DNA of 21,537 nucleotides from a virus (Duplodnaviria; Heunggongvirae; Uroviricota; Caudoviricetes): IMG/VR virus record IMGVR_UViG_648276671_000007, positions 1 to 21,537 of that record; one strand, 5' to 3'. Shown piece by piece: positions 7,827 to 16,582 of this stretch (position 1 is its first letter; each line of letters starts with the position of its first letter). The notes under the pieces were generated by a model. It saw only the letters and a program-made list of their open reading frames with translations, ran no database searches and was not told where the DNA came from. The position numbers and the translations under genes were made by a program.

Positions 7827-9083
7827 TTAACCTGATACTGAGCGCCATGCGCCATTTATATAAATCTGGGCCTGTTTGTAATACACACCACCGATATTAT
7901 CCGCAGAGTTACTACCGGTCTCCTGCACATTAATCCCAGAAAGAGTGCAACCTGACGGCGCCCGAAAAACCCAGGAAACCTCATTACCGGCTGGCTTGTG
8001 AAACACCTCACTGGTGTACTGAAAATTCTGCACGCCGCCTGTTTTGGTCTGGTAGCGTTCATCGAAATTGCCATAATCAGTTGGTGTTACCCGCCCTGAA
8101 ACATTCACTGCCCGGTGACTTTGTAACGCGCCATTCTGAAAACGGAATACGTGCTGTCCATTCGCATAAACATCCAGAATGCCGTCGCCGTTTTGTTTTA
8201 TACCTGTATCGTTATCCCCGAAAGCAATTGAGTTTCCGCCCAGCGCGTTCTGAACGCCGATACCCAGCGCACCATTGACCTGAGAACCGCCGCCAACAGA
8301 CACTTTATGCGACATGGATATTTCACCCGTCCGCAGATTAATAGTGAACGGGCGAAGTGGACCAATATCGCCATTCTCGCCCTGACCTTCACTGGTAGGG
8401 ATAAGGTGCAGGCACTCTTCTGAACGACGAAAAATCAGACCAAAGGCGTCGTTGAAAATCCTCAGCGCATTAACACCACGGATTTTCAGTTCCCCGGTCA
8501 TGGTGTCACCATCACGCTGAACGGCATTTTTTGCCTTGTCCACAGTGGGTTTTAAGCCGAGATTTTCAACAGCCTCATCCTTGTCTTCCACATCCGAAAG
8601 ATTCTTTTTTCGTTGCAGATAGCGTCTGTCTCCGGTTTCCTGAGTAATAATGGCCCTGTCCGGATCAACTTCCAGCACCACGTTTTGTGCGTGCGTCAGC
8701 CCAAGAACCAGCGTCAGAATAACTTCCTTGATAACAGAGTCCGTCTGGTCTGGTAAAAAGGTGTCCGGATAACGTCCGTACGCGATAAGCGTACCGCTGT
8801 CGCTGATCATCCCCAGTTCACGAAGGGTTTTACCGGGGTATGATTTACAGTCAATCACAATATCCCCGCTGATGAAGCCCTCCTCCACCGCACCGTCGGA
8901 AAAGGGTTCCTGCCCGAATTCGCCGTACAATGATGTCATTGCGGCCATCTCATCCGGCGTGGAGGGCAATGCCTGCCCCCCCCCGTCACCAAGCAGAACA
9001 TGCCGGACGGTCACGGTTTGCCCGTTCTGATATGCTGCTTCAATTTCTGCAGCGCCGGACGTTGTCAGAATCAGCCCATTCAT
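7827..9083 (-). CDS. H: Tail fibre protein (P2 gpH-like N-terminus and C-terminal tip domain)
   Basis: 418 aa; N-terminus TTSGAAEIEAA...LLGDGGG resembles P2 H (TTAGAAKLAAA...AVGDGGG); C-terminal NALGGNSIAFGDNDTGIKQNGDGILDVYANGQHVFRFQNG is near-identical in pattern to the P2 H C-terminal region; ends ...YINGAWRSVSG. Confidence 0.9.
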   Translation of the reverse strand: MNGLILTTSGAAEIEAAYQNGQTVTVRHVLLGDGGGQALPSTPDEMAAMTSLYGEFGQEPFSDGAVEEGFISGDIVIDCKSYPGKTLRELGMISDSGTLIAYGRYPDTFLPDQTDSVIKEVILTLVLGLTHAQNVVLEVDPDRAIITQETGDRRYLQRKKNLSDVEDKDEAVENLGLKPTVDKAKNAVQRDGDTMTGELKIRGVNALRIFNDAFGLIFRRSEECLHLIPTSEGQGENGDIGPLRPFTINLRTGEISMSHKVSVGGGSQVNGALGIGVQNALGGNSIAFGDNDTGIKQNGDGILDVYANGQHVFRFQNGALQSHRAVNVSGRVTPTDYGNFDERYQTKTGGVQNFQYTSEVFHKPAGNEVSWVFRAPSGCTLSGINVQETGSNSADNIGGVYYKQAQIYINGAWRSVSG

Positions 9084-9670
9084 ACTCCTGCCTCACTCTG
9101 CCCGTCAGTGGGCACTGTCTTTGTTATCACACCGGTACTTCTGATTTTTTCTGTCGCCATCACATAGCCGTAACAAAATCCCCGCCCCCTGCAGTTCCCG
9201 TAAACGTGAATACTGAACCAGCTGCGCAGATTTTTGGCACGGAGCACCGCATGCTTCAGATCCTGATGATCATTCATCAGCACCGGTAAATCCTTCTGCT
9301 CCACGTTCAGACGAAAGGTATACGGCTCCCCGGGAGGGGTCTGCTCATACCACTCAACAATCTGCGACCGGAAGGGACTGTCAGCCAGCGATGCCATCAG
9401 CGCCGCTTTAGTCCCTCTGTGGCGGTGGATGTAAGCAGCACGTTTTATCGCAGACCGTTTTTCCGCCTCCGTCCAGTGTTCATTCCAGGTATCCACCGCC
9501 ATTTCCCAGGCCAGCCATGGCAGTAATTCAGCAGGACATAAATCGGGATTTTTCACATAGCGGATCAGGCAGACTGCTATGTCTGACAGCATATCTCCGG
9601 CGACACAGTCCACCACCCGCTCTGCCCGGCTGGCACTGACCGGCAGTATGCTCCTGATATCGTCATTCAT
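9080..9670 (-). CDS. I: Baseplate assembly protein, P2 gpI-like
   Basis: 196 aa; ...NPDLCPAELLPWLAWEMAVDTWNEHWTEAEKRSAI resembles P2 gpI (NPDTCPANLLPWLAWAFSVDRWDEKWPEATKRAVI). Confidence 0.9.
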   Translation of the reverse strand: MNDDIRSILPVSASRAERVVDCVAGDMLSDIAVCLIRYVKNPDLCPAELLPWLAWEMAVDTWNEHWTEAEKRSAIKRAAYIHRHRGTKAALMASLADSPFRSQIVEWYEQTPPGEPYTFRLNVEQKDLPVLMNDHQDLKHAVLRAKNLRSWFSIHVYGNCRGRGFCYGYVMATEKIRSTGVITKTVPTDGQSEAGV

Positions 9671-10577
9671 CGGTTGTCTCCACCTTGTTCAGCGTTACCT
9701 TACGGCACCACGGTGCCTGCCCCATCTCAGGAACGATATCACTGCCCGGAGAAGTCAGATTCACCGTAATCACCCCGGTCTGGTGAAGGGCACCATCCAT
9801 GCCGGAACGGGATGCCACCGAGCCAATCCGGTGGACGCTGTCAGTGTATGACTGCAGCGCCTTGCGGGCATTTGCCATTACCAGTTCACCATCCAGTCCG
9901 TAGGGAATATGAATATCCGCCACCACATCGTAGGGAATAATTTCTGCCGCCCGGACACTGACAAAATCCGTCAGGGGACGGGTTTCATCATCACTGACTG
10001 ATGCTGCCACCTTATCCAGCAGGGGTTGTGATGCAGTGCCATTTCCGGACCGGGATAACACATAAAGAAAAACCCGGCCTTCCTGCGAATGCGTTTCCGG
10101 CCCGTAGGCTTTCACATCCAGCACATCCGGATCGGCACTTTGTGCAAAATAGTGGTACGCATTTTTCGCGCCGGCGGTGCTCAGCCGTGCCCATGACAAC
10201 TGGATGCGTTCGCGAAAAGCGTCATCATCTTCATACACCGCCGGCGTGGGCGGAATGGTGCTGTCGTCTGCCGGGGTAATGACCAGCCGCTGAACCTGAT
10301 AATTCGCGCCAACCTGATCCAGATCGTTCCTGCGGGCACTGGCAAGCAGTACAGCACGAACCGCATCATTTATCTGCTGGCGCATCAGCGCCACCCGAAA
10401 AGCCAGCGCCTCTGCCCATTTATACGCGGGATCAGATTCCACCAGAGCCGAAAACAACGTATCCAGTTCCTGATACTTCGCCACTATCTGAGTGACCAGC
10501 ATTGCAGTGTCCGGCACATCCACTGCATCCGGTACCGGTATCGCGGACAGATCAATGATTGCCTGAGACGTTGCCAA
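9663..10577 (-). CDS. J: Baseplate assembly protein, P2 gpJ-like
   Basis: 304 aa; ...QVGANYQVQRLVITPADDSTIPPTPAVYEDDDAFRERIQ closely matches P2 gpJ (VIGANYNTTRLTITPADDSTIPPTPAV...). Confidence 0.9.
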   Translation of the reverse strand: MATSQAIIDLSAIPVPDAVDVPDTAMLVTQIVAKYQELDTLFSALVESDPAYKWAEALAFRVALMRQQINDAVRAVLLASARRNDLDQVGANYQVQRLVITPADDSTIPPTPAVYEDDDAFRERIQLSWARLSTAGAKNAYHYFAQSADPDVLDVKAYGPETHSQEGRVFLYVLSRSGNGTASQPLLDKVAASVSDDETRPLTDFVSVRAAEIIPYDVVADIHIPYGLDGELVMANARKALQSYTDSVHRIGSVASRSGMDGALHQTGVITVNLTSPGSDIVPEMGQAPWCRKVTLNKVETTDE

Positions 10578-10908
10578 TTTTTATCTCCTCGAGTCGAATC
10601 GTTTCCTGAGTTTCGTTATTCACCCCGACAAGCGTCAGCCACGCGCTTCCTTCTCCTGTCCACGTCACTTCCACCCGCCGGAGAGTCAGACGGGGTTCCC
10701 AGCGTTCAAGGGCGGTTACCGTTTCACGGACAATTCTCACCCGCGTGAAATCATCCTGTGGGTTATCAAGCCGACTGAAAAGTCTGCTGCCGTATTCCCT
10801 GAGCAGGACCCGGCTGCCGACCGGCGTTGATAAAATGTCGGTGACGGACTGGCGCAGATGTTCGTTACCGTGCAGATATCTGCCGGTGGCTGAATCAATA
10901 CCAATCAT
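10552..10908 (-). CDS. W: Baseplate wedge protein, P2 gpW-like (gp25-like)
   Basis: 118 aa; ...SVTDILSTPVGSRVLLREYGS resembles P2 gpW (SIGDILRTPVGSRVMRRDYGS). Confidence 0.85.
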   Translation of the reverse strand: MIGIDSATGRYLHGNEHLRQSVTDILSTPVGSRVLLREYGSRLFSRLDNPQDDFTRVRIVRETVTALERWEPRLTLRRVEVTWTGEGSAWLTLVGVNNETQETIRLEEIKIGNVSGNH

Positions 10909-10941
10909 GTTGTTTATTCCGGAAAAAGAACTGAAAGGAGA

Positions 10942-11565
10942 TTACATTTGCTGACCAGGCTGTCCGGTGCTGCCACCACTGTCGCCCCGGTGATTGTGAC
11001 CGTTATAGACAAGCCGGATTTGACTCATCGTTCCGTGATAATCAGAAACCTCACCACCGACCATCAGATCCGCCTTAACCACCACCTCAGCATTCATGGT
11101 TGCTTTACCCTGTACGGTCAGGGTGTCTGTGATGTCTACCGGACCGTCCAGGGTTCCCCTGCCGGTAATTTTATAGCTGCCGCCTTCAGCCAGCGTGATG
11201 GACAGGGCATTAGCCTGACGGTCGTAACGGATTTCCGTTCCGGTATCAAACAAAATAACATGTTCGTGTTCACTGCCTTCAGGGACAGGGACAGCGTCAA
11301 TATTGGGCCCCGGATACACCCGACCGTTACGCAGATCGCCCGCCTCCGATATCACCGTAACGGCATCGCCGGGGGCCGGATAATTACTGACCTGCATGTA
11401 GCGCCCGGACTGCACCTGAATCCAGGGCAACGGCGGCGAAAGCACATCCCCGATATCCACCCGGACCATCACCGGGCTACCCGGGATCACCTCCTCCACC
11501 ACGCCGCGACGGACCATATCCGCCACCCTGCGGCGTAACTCTGCCACTTCATCCGCCAGACTCAT
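10942..11565 (-). CDS. V: Baseplate spike/hub protein, P2 gpV-like
   Basis: Start chosen at the internal ATG 11563-11565 (MSLADEVAELRRRVADMVRRG..., like P2 V MNTLANIQELARALRNMIRTG); C-terminal HNHRGDSGGSTGQP versus P2 V HKHPGDSGGTTGSP. The 98-aa N-terminal extension in the ORF track is unsupported. Confidence 0.85.
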   Translation of the reverse strand: MSLADEVAELRRRVADMVRRGVVEEVIPGSPVMVRVDIGDVLSPPLPWIQVQSGRYMQVSNYPAPGDAVTVISEAGDLRNGRVYPGPNIDAVPVPEGSEHEHVILFDTGTEIRYDRQANALSITLAEGGSYKITGRGTLDGPVDITDTLTVQGKATMNAEVVVKADLMVGGEVSDYHGTMSQIRLVYNGHNHRGDSGGSTGQPGQQM

Positions 11566-12115
11566 CGCCGGTGCCCTCTGCTTTCCAGATAAGACGATAA
11601 TCCTGCACATGCTTTTTACCGGTTTCCGGTACTTTACCCAGCCAGACTTCCTGTAACGGCGCACCTGCCTGAACCGCAAACGGATCTTCGCCGACCGGAA
11701 TGTCCTGTTCGAAAGAGACACGGAAAACGATGTAGTCGTCCAGCAGCCGGTCGAAGGTATCCACCTCAGCATCGATAAAAACAGCCGGGTCAACGTTATC
11801 CAGCCCGAACGTGGCTCCATCAATCCAGTCAGATAAATCCATTGCCAGACAGCGGGCAAATATCTGCGGTTTTGGCACGTTCTCCGTCTTCCCGGCCCGG
11901 TCAGTCACCACAAACAGATCGCATTTCAGCGTGACCCGCGTCTGCCCGTCGGCAAACTGAGCCTTGTCCCAGCCCGGTACATCCACAAACACGGCAGGCG
12001 TCACCAGTTGCGTCACTTTTTCCGGGTACTCATCGGCATCTTCCACCCAGGGAATTTGTTTCAGACTGTCAATCACTGCCTGATGCCAGGTTCCCATCAT
12101 CAATGGCTCTGTCAT
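11549..12115 (-). CDS. Hypothetical virion protein, possibly a tail terminator/completion protein (weak lambda gpU-like pattern)
   Basis: 188 aa; ATGA-type 4-nt overlap with the upstream Z-like gene indicates translational coupling inside the structural operon. Only weak resemblance to remembered lambda gpU; function is inferred from position. Confidence 0.4.
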   Translation of the reverse strand: MTEPLMMGTWHQAVIDSLKQIPWVEDADEYPEKVTQLVTPAVFVDVPGWDKAQFADGQTRVTLKCDLFVVTDRAGKTENVPKPQIFARCLAMDLSDWIDGATFGLDNVDPAVFIDAEVDTFDRLLDDYIVFRVSFEQDIPVGEDPFAVQAGAPLQEVWLGKVPETGKKHVQDYRLIWKAEGTGDESGG

Positions 12116-12834
12116 TCCATCCCCTTAAATACCCGGAATTTCAGTTCATGCTCAAAATTTTTCAGGATCAGTGCTTCCGCATCCGGAAAAACAAAATCCT
12201 CTATGCGGTTCAGCATGGCTTCGTAAATATCAATTTCCGCTGCACGTACCCTTCGTCGTCCGGATACCTGTCGGACCAGTATCGTTTTCCTTTTTGATAT
12301 ACGTCCGTTACGATTTTCCGCTTCAAACTGCTTGATAAAGGCATCATCCGTTGACCAGGTAGTCACAGATAACGCCTCCCCATGGGGACGGAACCGGATA
12401 TCACGGACGCGTCGCCGTTCTGTTGCCGCGATAAAACGTCCACGCGCATCACGTAACTGATGGCGTTCGCCACGAGCACCTCCGCTGATACGACCACGCA
12501 AATCACGGACTTTGATGGCGTTCAGACCGAACCACACCTTCGCCTCATCAAACTCATCACCGTTACGACGAATGACAAAATCGTGCAGAACACGCTTTTT
12601 GATCATTTTCTGGCTGCGTGGGGCAACCTGATTTTTAAATTCTGCCATAGCCTTCATCCGCAGTGCGGACGAGGCTCTTTTCAGCGCCACGCCCCAGGCT
12701 TTACGGATCTGGCTTTTTGAACCGCCCAGTTTAGCAATAATTTTCAGCACCTCATCTTCGTCAATATCGACGATGAGATTTCGCGACAGCCGTCGCTGGC
12801 GGGCACTGCTTCGTTCATGCTCTCTGACTGCCAT
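12112..12834 (-). CDS. Minor tail / tail completion protein, lambda gpZ-like (start uncertain)
   Basis: Arg/Lys-rich protein directly after the FII-like domain, as Z follows FII in lambda; segment ...AWGVALKRASSALRMKAMAEF... resembles lambda Z ...AAMAINRVASSAISQSASQ.... Start set at ATG 12832-12834; the ORF-track start at 12885 is a GTG with no SD. Confidence 0.5.
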   Translation of the reverse strand: MAVREHERSSARQRRLSRNLIVDIDEDEVLKIIAKLGGSKSQIRKAWGVALKRASSALRMKAMAEFKNQVAPRSQKMIKKRVLHDFVIRRNGDEFDEAKVWFGLNAIKVRDLRGRISGGARGERHQLRDARGRFIAATERRRVRDIRFRPHGEALSVTTWSTDDAFIKQFEAENRNGRISKRKTILVRQVSGRRRVRAAEIDIYEAMLNRIEDFVFPDAEALILKNFEHELKFRVFKGME

Positions 12835-13582
12835 AACGTTTACTCGGTCGTTCCGGTGCGGCTGGCGTGTTCCTCCCCGGCTCACCCCGCGCGAGGGTAA
12901 TGGTAATCACACCATGACCTGCAGAACCTGAATCATCCCAGCCCGGCTCCACCACCTGGTAGGGTTCCCCGTGGATCATGACCCTGTCATATTTTTTCAG
13001 TCCGGCAACCCATGCGCTCCGGGTAAACAACACCGGCGCAGTATTTCGAATTTCACCGCTGCCGGTATTCATCCCGGTGTTATCTGCCGGGGCATCAAAA
13101 ACGGCACGGATTTTTCTTTCCGTGCCGCCCGGATATATGCTGATTTCCGTCCCCATCGTATCCAGGATGATGTCATCTGCATCACTCATGGCCTGATCGA
13201 ACAGATTATCGAACATCATCACCCCGTTTTTTTCTGCCAGACCATCCGCCAGCAATGCAGGAACTGCGGCTTCATTAACCAGCACAACACTGGAGGCCTG
13301 AGCAAACATCAACATTTTTCCCGTCACAGCATCACAGGCTGGCATATGCGCCGTTTTCAGCATGCGCACCCGAACGCGTCCCCGCTCAGAATGCATTCCG
13401 TCGCCGGATACGTCGTTATTCACCTCTACCGCCCCGGTCTCCTCCACATCGAATCCGGCGGCCTCCTCCTCCCATTCCGCCAGGCGCTGCTCAAGATCGG
13501 CTTTTGAACCTGAAATATCTGCTTCACGCCCCAGAATCATTGCCAGCACCTGAAGGCGTTCCGTCATCTGCTCTTTTGTCAT
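12815..13582 (-). CDS. Fused lambda gpFI-like plus gpFII-like head completion / head-tail joining protein in one reading frame
   Basis: Start at ATG 13580-13582 (MTKEQMTERL...; GGGAGAG SD upstream), resembling lambda FI (MTKDELIARL...). With no intervening stop the frame continues ...AEKNGV-MMFDNLFDQ...RAVFDAPADN..., matching lambda FII (MADFDNLFD...RGVFDDPEN...). The first 44 codons of the ORF-track entry overlap the capsid gene and are not supported. Confidence 0.75.
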   Translation of the reverse strand: MTKEQMTERLQVLAMILGREADISGSKADLEQRLAEWEEEAAGFDVEETGAVEVNNDVSGDGMHSERGRVRVRMLKTAHMPACDAVTGKMLMFAQASSVVLVNEAAVPALLADGLAEKNGVMMFDNLFDQAMSDADDIILDTMGTEISIYPGGTERKIRAVFDAPADNTGMNTGSGEIRNTAPVLFTRSAWVAGLKKYDRVMIHGEPYQVVEPGWDDSGSAGHGVITITLARGEPGRNTPAAPERPSKRYGSQRA

Positions 13583-13601
13583 CACATCTCTCCCGTGCGC
13601 T

Positions 13602-13627
13602 AAAGAAAAAGGCGGGAATATCCCGCC
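13602..13627 (-). terminator. Intrinsic terminator-like hairpin plus U-tract immediately after the major capsid gene
   Basis: Minus strand GGCGGGA-TAT-TCCCGCC (perfect 7-bp stem) followed by TTTTTCTTT, between the E stop (13633) and the FI start (13582). Confidence 0.6.
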
Positions 13628-13632
13628 CCGTC

Positions 13633-14661
13633 TTATTTCACCTGAACCACAACAAATGCATCCGGATCCGGCAGCACCATCAACGGTGCAGACTGCGTCA
13701 TGGTATATTCGCAACTTGGATCGCCAATAACCTCCCAGTGTTTCGGATAACGAGTCGCAGAGGTGATCCCTTCACTCAGCGCCTGATTATCCTGGATTGC
13801 GCCATAGCAACGGATGCCCTCCGCCTGAGTATTTCCCAGAATCAGTGTGCCTTCCGGCAGATAACGCTGTTCATCGCCGCTTTCATCAACATACGTTGTC
13901 TTCGCCACCACGATAGCCAGATCGCCGTACCAGCCTTTAAATGAAACCACAGAGCCAAGATCTTTCAGTGCCGTTTCCAGTTCAGATTTAGAGCCACGGC
14001 GGGTTTCCAGTTTTTCACGGAACAGTTTAAAACCGTTCAGCATACGCCAGACCGTACCGTCCATAATCGAGATATTGATGGTGCCGGAAGCAAAATCGCA
14101 GTACGCATCCAGATCGTGCGTCGGATCAAAGGTATCAGCATCCTGCAGCGACCATTCATAACCGCCAGCCTGCGTAATGTTATTGGAGGCAGAACGCCCA
14201 AAATCCACTTCCACCGTCTCAAACTGCTCACCGCTCATGGTGTACTTACCCTGCAGAACGGCACTGACCGCCTGCATTTCTTCCACCTGCACAATCGCCT
14301 GCTCTTCCTGCTTCAGGTTGTCCGTCAGAATACGCAGACGGCGGTAGGCCGGGTCATTAAGGCGGGCCGGATCTTCCCCCGGAAGACGTTCCACCGCCTG
14401 CTGATAATCAAAGCGGTGTTTTGGTTTTACATAACCGGGACGTAACACGCGGGTTTCACCACCACGGCTGCGCAGCACTTTGCCTGACACCACCGGAGAC
14501 ACATACGCCGCAACTGGTGTTTTGCCGGTAATTGTATCCAGCATGACTTCCTGAGTATGGAAAGTGATCGTGCGACGAAAAAACAGCTCCAGAAACAGCG
14601 CACGAAATTTCACTTTCTGCTCGGTGTACCCGAGTAACTGACGCGTGGTAAATAACCCCAT
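13633..14661 (-). CDS. E: Major capsid protein, lambda gpE-like
   Basis: 342 aa; MGLFTTRQLLGYTEQKVKF...YVSPVVSGKVLRSRGG...PGYVKPKH...RRGSKSELETALKDLG...MTQSAPLMVLPDPDAFVVVQ matches lambda gpE along its length. Confidence 0.95.
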   Translation of the reverse strand: MGLFTTRQLLGYTEQKVKFRALFLELFFRRTITFHTQEVMLDTITGKTPVAAYVSPVVSGKVLRSRGGETRVLRPGYVKPKHRFDYQQAVERLPGEDPARLNDPAYRRLRILTDNLKQEEQAIVQVEEMQAVSAVLQGKYTMSGEQFETVEVDFGRSASNNITQAGGYEWSLQDADTFDPTHDLDAYCDFASGTINISIMDGTVWRMLNGFKLFREKLETRRGSKSELETALKDLGSVVSFKGWYGDLAIVVAKTTYVDESGDEQRYLPEGTLILGNTQAEGIRCYGAIQDNQALSEGITSATRYPKHWEVIGDPSCEYTMTQSAPLMVLPDPDAFVVVQVK

Positions 14662-14729
14662 AATTTATTTTCCTTCATAAACACAAACGGGCCGCATCGC
14701 GACCCGTTTTTCAGTTAATCACTTCACCA

Positions 14730-15065
14730 TCAGGCGTGGCTGATGGCACTTCCCACAAATGCGTTGGCTTTTTTCACCGCATCCACAGAGTCAGGCCAGA
14801 CCAGCGACTCAGTGGCAAACGTACCGCTTTTGTAGTACGTCAGCGTGGGTTCTGTTCCGGCAAGCGCCAGAGCCAGCACGCCCACTGCCGTTCCGGCTTT
14901 CTGACCATCCCATGCCACCAGTTTTCCGGTGGCGTCATCCAGCATCAGTGGCGTCAGTGCAGGCGTGGCAGCACTGATACCACTGGTGGCGGTTGCAGTA
15001 TGCGCCGGATCACTTCCGGCAAAAATATGCACATCCGCGCGCTTTTCCGTGGTGGTTTTAATCAT
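14730..15065 (-). CDS. D: Head decoration protein, lambda gpD-like
   Basis: 111 aa; ...[38 protein letters not shown]...YYKSGTF matches lambda gpD ([39 protein letters not shown]...FYKSGTF). AGGAGA SD upstream. Confidence 0.95.
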   Translation of the reverse strand: MIKTTTEKRADVHIFAGSDPAHTATATSGISAATPALTPLMLDDATGKLVAWDGQKAGTAVGVLALALAGTEPTLTYYKSGTFATESLVWPDSVDAVKKANAFVGSAISHA

Positions 15066-15103
15066 TTTTCAGTCTCCTGATTTATCTGAATCCCGGATAC
15101 CGC

Positions 15104-16582
15104 TTACGGCATGCTCATCAGCAGGTCTTCTTCCCCGCGCCCGGCAGTTCCGCCACCGGAAACCGTGCTGGCAGCATGCTGTGCCATAAAGCGATCGAAA
15201 AGTGTTTCCTGTGACGGTTGCGATGCCGCCGGTGCGGCTGCCAGCAGTGTTTTCGCCTGCGCCACCGTCATTCCTGGCTGTTCTGCCAGCGCCTGTGCGA
15301 ATTGCTCGCGCCCTTTCGCCTCCGGCAGCGCCATAATCTGATCGCTGGTACTTGCTGAACCAGCAACCGGTGCCGCTGCCAGTAACGTTTTCGCCTGCTC
15401 AACCGTCATTCCCGGCTGTTCAGCCAGCGCCTGCGCGAGTTGTTCGCGCCCCTGCGCCTCCGGCAGCGCCATAATCTGATCGCCTGTGCCTGCCGCACTG
15501 GCAACCGGTGCTGCCACCAGAAACGCTTTCGCCTGCTCAACCGTCATCCCCGGCTGACCTGCCAGCATCTGTGCCAGTTGCTCACGCCCCTTTGCCTCCT
15601 GACAATTCAGGATCCCCATCACGCGCTGATTTTCCTGGGCCACCGCTTCAGCAACGGTGAGATTTTTAACAGTCATTGCATTCTCCTTCGTAACAGAGTC
15701 ATTCAGTGCAGAAACCATCACTTCAACGGCATCTGCAGCATTAATCAGTTGATCAGCCAGGCCTGCATCAATGCCTGCCTGACCGTCATAAACGGCAGCC
15801 TCGGTATTCATCACCGCCTCTGAACTCAGCCCCGTATAACGTGCCACCTTGTCGACAAACATCCGGCGGGCCTCATCAATACGGCGCTGAAAATCTGCAC
15901 GCACACCTGCCGGCAATGCCTGAATACTGTTGCCGTCAACCTTGTGCTGCCCGGAGTAAATCAGCGTGATGTCCACCCCTTCCTGTGCCAGTTGCTTCTC
16001 GTAACTGGTGTGCGCCATCATCACGCCAATCGAACCAATTTTTGCCGTCTGCGTGACCAGCCGATGCGTACAGGCTGCCGCCAGCAACATGGCGGCTGAA
16101 CAGGCCATGTCATTACACAGCGCCCACACGGGCTTCTGTTCCCGCAGACGGTAAATCATGTCAGCACAGTCAAACGCCCCGGCGGCCTGCCCGCCCGGAC
16201 TGTCGATATCCAGCAAAATGCCGCGCACATCCGGATCATTCACCGCCATCTGAAGGCGGGCCGTCAGGCCGTCATAGCCGGTCATGCCGGAATAAGGCCG
16301 CAGGGTGCCCAGTTTATGCACCAGTGTGCCGCTCACCGGCAGAATGGCGATGCCATTCTTCACCTGGTAACTCTTTGCCGGACGCTGACCGCCCGCCATA
16401 TAGTCAGTCACCGCCAGCTGCATGCCGTCCGCATCAAGCTGAACAGCCTGCTGCGGAACGGCAAGGCTGCCTGCCCCCATCTCCCTGCCCAGCGCGCAAA
16501 AGAAAACCCGCGCATAGGCGGGCTCCAGTAAAAGCGGCTCATTAAATGCCATGGCGGCAATATGCGATAAATTACGACGCAT
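15104..16582 (-). CDS. C: Head maturation protease / scaffold, lambda gpC-like, with a Nu3-like scaffold region at the 3' end
   Basis: 492 aa; N-terminus MRRNLSHIAAMAFNEPLLLEPAYARVFF matches lambda gpC (RNLPHIASMAFNEPLMLEPAYARVFF); ClpP/S49-like core (SYQVKNGIAILPVSGTL...PYSGMTGY...); C-terminal VMGILNCQEAKGREQLAQ... like lambda C ...IMGILNCEEAHGREEQAR.... Confidence 0.95.
   Translation of the reverse strand: MRRNLSHIAAMAFNEPLLLEPAYARVFFCALGREMGAGSLAVPQQAVQLDADGMQLAVTDYMAGGQRPAKSYQVKNGIAILPVSGTLVHKLGTLRPYSGMTGYDGLTARLQMAVNDPDVRGILLDIDSPGGQAAGAFDCADMIYRLREQKPVWALCNDMACSAAMLLAAACTHRLVTQTAKIGSIGVMMAHTSYEKQLAQEGVDITLIYSGQHKVDGNSIQALPAGVRADFQRRIDEARRMFVDKVARYTGLSSEAVMNTEAAVYDGQAGIDAGLADQLINAADAVEVMVSALNDSVTKENAMTVKNLTVAEAVAQENQRVMGILNCQEAKGREQLAQMLAGQPGMTVEQAKAFLVAAPVASAAGTGDQIMALPEAQGREQLAQALAEQPGMTVEQAKTLLAAAPVAGSASTSDQIMALPEAKGREQFAQALAEQPGMTVAQAKTLLAAAPAASQPSQETLFDRFMAQHAASTVSGGGTAGRGEEDLLMSMP
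15217..15589 (-). repeat. In-frame 138-bp (46-aa) tandem repeat, about 2.7 copies, inside the scaffold part of gpC
   Basis: Protein units GREQLAQ(M/A)LA(G/E)QPGMTVEQAK(A/T)(F/L)L(V/A)AAPVA...DQIMALPEA(Q/K) start at residues 332, 378 and 424. At DNA level, ctccggcagcgccataatctgatcgc recurs at 15319 and 15457. Confidence 0.85.

Noticed and set aside
7856-8074. Nested minus-strand 72-aa ORF, and similar small nested ORFs (for example 7566..7799 and 1016..1240)
   Set aside because: They lie in alternative frames wholly inside well-supported structural genes, with no start context.
10948-11538. Plus-strand 196-aa ORF antisense to the gpV-like gene
   Set aside because: Completely overlapped by the gpV homologue on the minus strand; His/Arg-rich shadow-frame composition.
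12971-13507. Plus-strand 178-aa ORF antisense to the FI-FII gene
   Set aside because: Antisense to a CDS with clear lambda FI/FII similarity; no independent support.
15440-15823. Plus-strand 127-aa ORF and other plus-strand ORFs within the gpC and portal genes (for example 17166..17669)
   Set aside because: All are antisense shadows of strongly supported lambda-like head genes.
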